This document shows, piece by piece, positions 8,397 through 16,500 of a stretch of DNA of 64,000 bases; the first letter of the stretch is position 1; every line of letters begins with the position of its first letter. Both the position numbers and the translations under genes were made by a program. Under the pieces are notes generated by a model, which did not search any database, was not told the origin of the DNA, and worked only from the letters and a program-made list of their open reading frames with translations. The DNA is from a virus: positions 27,977 through 91,976 of IMG/VR virus record IMGVR_UViG_3300028908_000005. One strand, given 5' to 3'.

Positions 8397-10222
8397 AACC
8401 ATGCGATGCCTTGCCGAGCAGCGACTAGCCGCGCCAAGCCCTACCTAGCCGTGCCAAACCTCGCCGGGCTCTGCCCAGCGTGGCCAAGCCAAGCCAAAAG
8501 AAATCCCAGCAGCCGCCGTTAGACGACTGCTGGGCAATACCATGCAATACCGTGCCTTGCCCGGCAACGCCGCGCCTGGCCCCGCAGTGACAAGCCTTAC
8601 CGTGCTCGAGAAGCCTACGAAGTCCCAGCAGCCGCCGTTAGACGGCTACTGGGCAATACCATGCAATACCGTGCAGTGCCCCGCAACGACTAGCCGAGCC
8701 ATGTAGTGCCGGACCCCGCAGTGCCACACCATGCCATACCAGGAGAAATCCCAGCAGCCGCTGCTAAACGGCTACTGGGCAATACCTCACATCGCCGGGC
8801 AATACCTCGCATTGCCTCGCCGTACCATACCGAGCCCAGCAATGCCTTACACTGCCTAGCGTTACCGTGCCCAGCCGTGCTCGAGAAGCCTACGAAGTCC
8901 CAGCAGCCGCCGTTAGACGGCTACTGGGCGATGCCAAGCCTTGCTTCGGCAAGCGATGCTCTGCCTGGCCAGGCAACGCCCTGCCCAGCGCAGCCGCGCC
9001 TTGCCATAGCTGTTTTGCCACGCACGACCCAGCCTTGCCATACTCTGCCAAACCACGGCTTGCCAGCTGAAATCCCAGCAGCCGCTGTCAAACGGCTACT
9101 GGGCAATACCTTGCAATACCATGCAATACCTCGCAATGCCCAGCATTACCTCGCACCGCAGTGCCTTGCCATACCTAACCTTGCGCTGCGCTACCATGCC
9201 TCGCCACCCCTCGGCGCGCCGTGCCGCTCTTGAGAGCAGCAAGCAGAAATCCCAGCAGCCGCCGCTAGACGACTACTGGGCAATACCATGCAATGCCGCG
9301 CAGTACGGCGCCATGCCCCGCCCAGCCTAGCGCAGCCGAGCCAAAAGAAATCCCAGCAGCCGCCGCTAGACGACTACTGGGCAATACCATGCAATGCCGT
9401 ACACAGCCGTGCCAAACCTAGCCGAGCCATACCTGGCCTCGAACTGCCCTGCCCTACCGAGCCTAACCAAACCAGGCCGTGCCGTGTAAATCCCAGTAGC
9501 CGCCGCTAGACGACTACTGGGCAATACCTTGCAATGCCGCGCAGTACGGTGCCATGCCCCGCCCGGCCGAGCCCAGCAAGGCCACGGCTCACCCTGCCGC
9601 GCCGAGTAAATCCCAGTAGCCGCGGTCAAACGGCTACTGGGCAGTACCTTGCATTGCCACGCAGCGCCGTGCAAAGCCGAACAATGCCATACACTGCGTC
9701 GCCAAACCCCGCCCCGCATTACCAAGCCGAACGATACCTAGCCGAACCACGCCCTGCCCATCTTGGCCAAGCCTCGCCGTATGAAGCCTCGGCAGCGGCG
9801 ATTAAACCGTTGCCGAGTAATTGCCTTGCACCACCGGGGCAAGCCGAGCCTTGCACTGGCAGGCCGAACCCTGCAAAACCATGCCCATCCGGAGCATGCC
9901 GAGCCACGCAAATCCAAGCAGCCGCCGCTAGACGACTGCTTGGCAATACCTTGCAATGCCTGGCATCGCCAAGCCCAGCCCCGCCGTGCATCGCCATGAC
10001 GAGCTGCCGCCGTGCCGGGCCACGCCGATCCGTGCCGTGGGCAAGCCGAGCCTTGCAGTTCCAGGCCGTGCACTACCAAACCTCGCCCTGCCGCGCCGAG
10101 TAAATCCCAGCAGCCGCGGTCAAACGGCTACTGGGCGATATCATGCAATGCCGGACCTCACCAGACCTCGCCGGGCCTTACCAAACCCCGCCGGACCCGG
10201 CCTCGCCACACCTTGGCTTGCA
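8397..10222 (-). ncRNA. Structured repeat array: 13 GGY-NN pentamer tracts separated by 12 conserved hairpins (candidate guide-RNA array for the adjacent RAMP gene)
   Basis: 30-nt hairpins start at 8505, 8624, 8750, 8899, 9074, 9251, 9352, 9492, 9612, 9788, 9914 and 10106. Minus-strand unit: (GGY-NN)n, TGCAWGGTATTG, CCCAGYAGYCG-N8-CGGCTRCTGGG, AYTT. Stem mismatches read as G.U on the minus strand. The repeat structure is certain; RNA expression is inferred. Confidence 0.85.
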
Positions 10223-10235
10223 TCGAAACTCGGGT

Positions 10236-10829
10236 CTATGCGGCTGCAGACCGGGTCTTCTCGTCGACTTTCCACTTCGTGACGACGAACCGCCCATAAG
10301 GGCCTTTCGTGTCCGGGCGGAAATCTCCCAAGCCGATTCGTTTACCGGCTGCGTCGACCAACTCGCGCGTCAACCCGAGCGACATAATCTCTTCGTCGAG
10401 GTCCAAGGTAAACGCCAATTTCCAATCGGTAAAGCATGGACGGTGCCGCAGGATTCGACCGCCTGTCGACGGAATGCGAACCGCGCGGGTGTCTACCATC
10501 CACGGTTCCTTGTGGATAATTGGCAGCTCGATCTCAACAATCGCCAGCGCGCTCGGCACCAGCGACGTCTTTTGCGTTGTGATCTTCGACTTCCCGTTCT
10601 TGAAAAACTTTCCGGCGGCGATAATGGCGCGGAACAGATTCGGACCGGGGATAATCGGCTTACCGGTCTTTTCGCTGATATACAGGCAATCTTCAGCCTG
10701 TTCTTTCGGCGATTTCTGTTCGCCAACCTGGGCTGCTCTTGTGCCCTTGGTTGCAGCCATCGCAGCCGCATCGGTAAATTTGTGAACCAACAACGGGGAA
10801 ACGCCTTCGATCTCACAACTGATCAACAT
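10236..10829 (-). CDS. Stand-alone RAMP/Cas7-like RNA-binding protein
   Basis: RAMP hallmarks in order: first strand IEGVSPLLVH, PIIPGPNLFRAI (compare P.IPGSSLKGA), thumb-like VDTRAVRIPSTGGRILRHRP, WKLAFTL strand, C-terminal Gly-rich loop AGKRIGLGDFRPDTKGPYGRF. Confidence 0.8.
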   Translation of the reverse strand: MLISCEIEGVSPLLVHKFTDAAAMAATKGTRAAQVGEQKSPKEQAEDCLYISEKTGKPIIPGPNLFRAIIAAGKFFKNGKSKITTQKTSLVPSALAIVEIELPIIHKEPWMVDTRAVRIPSTGGRILRHRPCFTDWKLAFTLDLDEEIMSLGLTRELVDAAGKRIGLGDFRPDTKGPYGRFVVTKWKVDEKTRSAAA

Positions 10830-10861
10830 ACTACACACCTTACAAGAAAATGTCTTCGGTC

Positions 10862-10881
10862 GCGGGCTTAATTACGCCCGC
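10862..10881 (-). terminator. Short intergenic hairpin between the upstream gene and the RAMP gene
   Basis: GCGGGC-N8-GCCCGC immediately after the stop at 10885; weak U-tract. Confidence 0.35.
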
Positions 10882-10884
10882 AGC

Positions 10885-11295
10885 TTATTGAGCCTTATGG
10901 CCTTGGGCCGCGTCCTCGCGCGCCCATTTCAGCAGTAAATCGTAGAGTTCGTCGATCGACGCGACAGTCTCGAAATATGCGTAACTGTCGCTCGGTTCGT
11001 CGCCGAAACTCATACCGCCGGTAAGCAGCATCGCGTAGTCCATTCCCGGAAATCGCACTGCGCTAACATCCCGGCGATCGGGAGCTCCCAGAACGTGCTC
11101 GACGGCGTCCATGATCATCGCGCGGCGTTCTGCCGCTGTGACGTATTCGTCGCCGGCATCGAGCTGTCCTGTAAACTCGGCAATATCTTTAAGATCGCGA
11201 TCGCTGAACTTGTTTAGCAGTTCGCGAATCGCCGCCCGCCGCGAGTCCGTCAACTCTGCTTGCGGAACACCCATGAGGATTAAATCAGCGCCCAT
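10885..11295 (-). CDS. Hypothetical protein
   Basis: Acidic 136-aa ORF in operon orientation with AAGG RBS. Confidence 0.75.
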   Translation of the reverse strand: MGADLILMGVPQAELTDSRRAAIRELLNKFSDRDLKDIAEFTGQLDAGDEYVTAAERRAMIMDAVEHVLGAPDRRDVSAVRFPGMDYAMLLTGGMSFGDEPSDSYAYFETVASIDELYDLLLKWAREDAAQGHKAQ

Positions 11296-11299
11296 AACA

Positions 11300-11524
11300 C
11301 TACCTTTTGATTAACGGACATTCACGCAGCAACGCTTCGACCGCCTCGTCGCCGCCATGCTCGTGTGCAAACTTTTTGAACTGTTGCGACAATCGCACCA
11401 CGTTCAAAGTGCGGATACGTCTGCGGCATTTGCTGCAGGCCAGCAAATAACGCCGCTTGCCAGGTCGCAACCACGCGATCGATGTCAAATGCAATGCGTG
11501 GTCATCGTCCTCATACAACAACAT
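11300..11524 (-). CDS. Small hypothetical protein (CxxC...HxH)
   Basis: Fills the gap and overlaps the RNase H stop. Confidence 0.55.
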   Translation of the reverse strand: MLLYEDDDHALHLTSIAWLRPGKRRYLLACSKCRRRIRTLNVVRLSQQFKKFAHEHGGDEAVEALLRECPLIKR

Positions 11525-12134
11525 CGGTCATCCCTTCAGGAAAACTCTCTGGAAGAACATCATAAATTGTCGCCTCCTGTGGGAACCCTTTGTAGCGTCT
11601 TGCTAGAACAGCGAGGGCGTCATTTTCGACTCCTTTCGCCTTGAGCCTGGCTTGCCTTGCAATCTCGTCTACGAGAATGTTCATATGAACTACGTTTCGC
11701 GGGACATGATGCCACCGCACGCGGTAGCTATTACTCAAAGCATCTATCATCGCCCAGCTCGTACGGTACTTTTTGCGATAATCCGGCGTGTTGCCGGCTA
11801 ACGCGACCGCACGATTATCGGTAATGATGTCGATCGTCACCAACTCGCCGCGCTGCGCCAACTGTTTGCGAAATTTCGGGCCCTCGGTCTTGACGCCGAC
11901 GAACCATTCGATCGCATGCAGATACGGCCATAGCTCAGTGATCTGCGTATTCGCTACATTGAGCGAGCCGTAAAACAGTTTGCGCTTCTGCGTAAGCCGG
12001 TTGATCAGCACGCAGGCCCAGCCGCCTGCCCGTGCCCAGATGCTCCCGCTACCGTCACCAATCAGAATGATATGCCCATCTTCGATATTCAACCGCCGAA
12101 CTAATTGACCAACAGTAAAGATCTGTTGGCTCAT
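11511..12134 (-). CDS. rnhA: RNase HI-family protein
   Basis: IGDGSG...GGWACVL, TEL, IITDN, WHHVPRN...NILVDEIAR give the D-E-D-D catalytic layout. Confidence 0.8.
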   Translation of the reverse strand: MSQQIFTVGQLVRRLNIEDGHIILIGDGSGSIWARAGGWACVLINRLTQKRKLFYGSLNVANTQITELWPYLHAIEWFVGVKTEGPKFRKQLAQRGELVTIDIITDNRAVALAGNTPDYRKKYRTSWAMIDALSNSYRVRWHHVPRNVVHMNILVDEIARQARLKAKGVENDALAVLARRYKGFPQEATIYDVLPESFPEGMTDVVV

Positions 12135-12544
12135 TCCGTTGGCGACTCCTCAGACGAGTTTTCCAGGGCACCGCGTTGTCGCTGCAGCTCTTCGAGCTCT
12201 TTGTTGGCAGATTCCAAGATCTCTGCCGCGACCTGCAAATTGCGAGAGATGCGGTCTGTCACCGCATGCTGCACCCGCGCGATGTTTTCCGATAGTTTTA
12301 TCGAAAACAGCGGTTCGGACCCGGTATTTGTCGCAATCAAACCGAAGTCCAAATCGTGTGCCGGCAGATTCCACACGAACGCAATACCTGCGCCCGCAAA
12401 TTCGGGAATCTCCCGGTTGAGTCTCTGTGTCACTTCGTCGTACGCCTCTACGACTTTTTCGACAAAAGTCTTCTTGGGGTATTCGACGAAGGTCTTCTCG
12501 TCCTGCGACTCCGTAGGAGCCGCTTGTTCGTTTTCATTGCTCAC
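12131..12544 (-). CDS. Hypothetical protein, C-terminal coiled coil
   Basis: ATGA overlap with the next gene. Confidence 0.7.
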   Translation of the reverse strand: MSNENEQAAPTESQDEKTFVEYPKKTFVEKVVEAYDEVTQRLNREIPEFAGAGIAFVWNLPAHDLDFGLIATNTGSEPLFSIKLSENIARVQHAVTDRISRNLQVAAEILESANKELEELQRQRGALENSSEESPTE

Positions 12545-12563
12545 TGCTTATTACTTTCTGCTG

Positions 12564-12938
12564 CTACTCCATGTTATCTGCTACGTCTCCGCGAATACGT
12601 TGCAAGACGTAGCCTAACGCTAAACTCAGTCGCGTCGCCGCCATGCTATAGATCGGCAGTTTGACGACAATGTCCCACGGTTCTCGTAACCAGAGACTCG
12701 GAAGGTAGAAAAAGACGATGAGCAACAGCGGTACCCAATGCGATAGGCAGAAGCGGCAGGTTAAAAGGGTTGCCACTAATTCTCTATATGGCCCGACGCG
12801 CCTAGTGCGCGACCCGCCGGGTTCTCCCCACGCGGACACCCATTCCCGCCAGGCGGCAACGACGGATTGCTCGTACAACCAGGCGTTGATGGGTACACCT
12901 GCAGCCAAAGCTATCGCAATTAGGTCCACTGCGCTCAT
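12564..12938 (-). CDS. DUF1360-like membrane protein
   Basis: LLTCRFCLSHWV motif flanked by hydrophobic helices. Confidence 0.65.
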   Translation of the reverse strand: MSAVDLIAIALAAGVPINAWLYEQSVVAAWREWVSAWGEPGGSRTRRVGPYRELVATLLTCRFCLSHWVPLLLIVFFYLPSLWLREPWDIVVKLPIYSMAATRLSLALGYVLQRIRGDVADNME

Positions 12939-12981
12939 CGTCTCATCGCACGATTTGGGTTGTTTGCTTCGCTAGCGTGCT

Positions 12982-13164
12982 CTAGCGGTTGTTGGCTTCG
13001 TCCGCTTCGGCAATGCCCATACACACTTGATAAACCATGTACATGGCAAAGCCAACAGGGATGAACGGCAATAATGAGCCTGCGATCCAAGCAAGCACTG
13101 CCGTTCCGCCAAGCCACAATGCTGCGTAATTGAAATAGAAATCAGCAATACTAAAGTCGTCCAC
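12982..13164 (-). CDS. Small membrane protein
   Basis: 60 aa with two hydrophobic segments. Confidence 0.5.
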   Translation of the reverse strand: MDDFSIADFYFNYAALWLGGTAVLAWIAGSLLPFIPVGFAMYMVYQVCMGIAEADEANNR

Positions 13165-13167
13165 GGG

Positions 13168-13377
13168 TCAAGCTCCTTCGCCTCGCGGCCAAGGCTCCAG
13201 CGTCGCTCCTCGATCGGCCAATGGCGGTTTATGCCATAAGGCATCGACGATAGGCAACGGATCTTTCAGTTGCGGTACGCGATGTACCCGAATATCGTCA
13301 GGAGAAAGCGTAGGAGCCGGGTTCCGGTACGTTGCCCGTACACCGTATCGCTCCAAGAACAATTTCGCTGAAGTCAT
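13168..13377 (-). CDS. Small hypothetical protein
   Basis: ATG with AGGA upstream; first gene of a leftward run. Confidence 0.5.
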   Translation of the reverse strand: MTSAKLFLERYGVRATYRNPAPTLSPDDIRVHRVPQLKDPLPIVDALWHKPPLADRGATLEPWPRGEGA

Positions 13378-13567
13378 CTCAACCCGTCCTGTTTGTAGTT
13401 ATTGTGGTTAACTCGTATAATCTATCCGCCTATGCTCATTTTACCTGAGAAGCAGCTCGTATAGTACATAAACCACAACAACCACAACAAACAACCCATC
13501 CGGTACGGCGTCAGCTACGGCGCCGCACAGCTTTCCGAACCCTTCAAGACGCTCACGGTCGTTAGCC

Positions 13568-16500
13568 ATGTCAAACCTCCATACAGCTACCCAATTACCC
13601 GAAACATTTACACGAGTTTTTGAGTTGCAGAGAAGTGACGGCACAGCGATCCGCGACGAAGAGCGGCTATCGCGATTCGTTCATCTGATCCAAAACAAGC
13701 GTATACACTCTTTCGTCCACGCTTTGCCGCTCATTCTCAACTTGAAGGGCCGGCCATACACGCTCAAAGATCATGCCCCGTTCGAAGAACTGTTCCGGTT
13801 CAAACAGCCGCGGCGGACAACCTACAAGACGGGACGGCAAGTAGGTAAGACCGTATCGCAGGCTGCAGCAATCGTAGCTCGACTTGCGTCGATGCCTAAC
13901 AAGTATCACCCAGAGCCGCATACGATGCTGCACATCACGCCGCTCTATGAACAGATCCGGCGTTTCAGCACGATGTTCCTCGGACCGTTCCTGCAAACGT
14001 CGCCGATACGACAGCTGCTCGTCGACCCGCGCTGCGTCGAAAGTGTGCTGCACCGCACGTTCCGTAACGGCTCGCAAATCCTGCTGTCGTTCACCGGTAT
14101 CGGCCCGGAACCGAACCGAATACGTGGTGCTTTCGCAGACGAATTATCGGAAGATGAATCAGTCACCGGTGACACGCTGCTGACGACGCCGTTAGGCCAA
14201 ATACCGATCAAAGACGCTAGACCCGGCGACATCGTAAAATGTTTTACCGAAGATAACCACGTACGATGGACGACCGTATCCAAAGTGTGGTACGCTGGCA
14301 GACGCCACTGCTACCGCATCACGCTAGAGGATGGATCTTATGTCGACAGCACATCAGAATCGTACGTGGCCACAGATTCCGGATGCTTTCGAGTATCGCA
14401 ACTCATCGAAATTGCCGCCGGAAGCCGCAGCTGCGCAACGCGAAATCGTACTAGCGAACAAGAACAAACCACTGAACCAACAGCAGCTGCAGCTAGTGTA
14501 CGGGACGATGCTCGGCGACGGGCATCTGACGCCGCGAGGTGCCTACGTGGCGACACAGAGCTACGCGTTCAGGGAATACCACTGGGCAAAGTACACGATA
14601 TTGTCCGATTACGTCTACGGCGTACCGTCGAAGCAACAGAAACGCGGAACAGACTTCTGGTCGGTGAAATTCTGGACTGCCGCCACACCGGAATTAGCGT
14701 CCCTACGGCAGCTTTGGTACCCGGACGGCCACAAACGCGTAAATCGCGAAATCTTGCAGACTATCGACGAACTCGGATTTTTGGACTGCGTAATGTGGTG
14801 GATATGCGACGACGGAACCAGATGGGGTCCGAAGTACTCGCCTACACTAAGCCTTTGTACGCACGCTTTTCCACAAAGCGATGTCGAACTTTTGTCGAAC
14901 TGGCTGATGGAACACGGCTATCGATCATCGATTCGCGAGCAGACCCAGTACAGAAAGCCGTTGTATACCCTGATGTTTGCAACGGAGTCAGCCGTACGGC
15001 TGATGCGGAAACTGACACCTTTGGTACATCCTACTATGCTATACAAGGTGGCTGTTACTGGGAGGAACGACACGGAAATCTGTCTGTTCTGCAAACAACC
15101 ATTCCAGTTGAAAACGTTGCGGCGTCGGACCGACCTCGCGTGGTTCCCTTGCTGCGACAACCCCGCGTGCAAGTCTGCCAAGAAGAAGTTCATGCGCCAA
15201 CGCGAACTGTCCAAGCCCGGCGCCAAAGCCAAACGGCAGCAAGCAAAAAGAGAATACGTGCAACGAAACAAAGCCGCAATCTACGCCAAAAACGCCGAAT
15301 GGGCCAGAAACAATCCGGACAAGGTTCGCGAAATTTGGCGACGCGCCGACGCCAAGAAACGCCGCAAGCAACAAGAAGCTATGCCGCCGTGCGTCATTTG
15401 CGGCAAACAAATCAAATTGGAACGCGGCATGAAACATACGCGAACCGCTTGCGGCGGCTGCCAGCCGGAACTGCTGCGGCGACGGGCCAAGATCGCTTAC
15501 TACAAGCGCCGCATGCGTACCGCCAAGACACAGGAACAACGCGAAGCCGCAGCTGCGAAAATGCAAGCCCTGAAAAAGTCGATTGGCGTCGAATAGTCAG
15601 CATCGAATACGTCGGCATACGCGATGTTTACGACGTTGAAACCGCCGGACCGCATACCGTAATACTCAACGGGCATGCGCGACCGCAATGCCAAGACATC
15701 GACCCAAGCCACGAAGGCGTGGTTGACGAAACCATGTCACACTCTACTTGGGCCGTCAAGAAGAGCACCGGCACGCCAAAGACGCTCGACAACTTGCTGC
15801 AGATCAAGTGGGAAGAAAGCAGCCAAGCGGAGTGGTTCGTGCCGTGCTTTCATTGTACCACAAACGGACATCCGACCTACAACATTCCGTCGATCGAATA
15901 TCATCTCGACGCTATGATCGGCCCTTGGCGCGAAGATATATCCGACAAGAGCCCAGCGACGATTTGCTACAAATGCGGTAAGCCGATTTCACCGCGATTC
16001 GGTCGTTGGGTGCATCGTTACAAAGCGCGGCGTTGGACGCATGCCGGCTATCATATACCGCAGATTATTATGCCGATCCACTTCGCTGACCCAAACAAGT
16101 GGTCAACGTTATTACTCAAACGACGCACATTGCCAGCTTATCTGTTTTACAACGAAGTGCTCGGCGAAGCTTACGATACGGCAGCAAAACTTGTCACGCT
16201 CGCCGACCTTAACAAAGCTGCCGTGCTTTGGCCGAACGACGACCACGAAGCTCTGCAGCGACGTCGGAATTATTCACTCGTCGTCCTCGGCGTAGACTGG
16301 GGCGGCGGCGGTAAAGCCGGTGACAGCTACACGACACTTGCGCTCGTTGGCGTTCTGCCGACCGGCGAACTGAATGTCATCTGGGGCAAGCGACTGCTCA
16401 CGCCGCACGATCATATTCGCGAAGCCAAAGAAATCATACACTACTGCAACATGTTCTCGCCCGATTTCGTTGCACACGACTACACTGGCGGCGGTTCGCT

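Noticed and set aside
8505-10135. Canonical CRISPR array
   Set aside because: The intervals are about 70-160 nt, uneven and themselves periodic (GGY-NN); the repeats covary instead of being identical; no cas1, cas2 or effector operon is visible.
8505-10135. Integron attC cassettes, REP elements or tandem terminators
   Set aside because: There are no cassette ORFs, RYYYAAC/GTTRRRY ends or integrase; U-tracts are too short; none of these explains the pentamer phase.
8706-10299. ORFs across the array on both strands (e.g. 8706..9233, 9534..10103, 9366..9725)
   Set aside because: They are low-complexity Pro/Cys/Ala or Gly/Arg/Trp translations produced by the 5-nt period; unit lengths are not consistently multiples of three.
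11511-12134. RNase H as a dedicated component of the RAMP-array system
   Set aside because: It is separated by two genes and a hairpin, and RNase H is common in large phages; proximity alone is insufficient.
13441-13644. Small minus-strand ORF whose likely ATG (13569) overlaps the terminase ATG
   Set aside because: It is short and has no recognisable motif; the region more likely holds divergent promoters (TATAAT at about 13416). It cannot be excluded.
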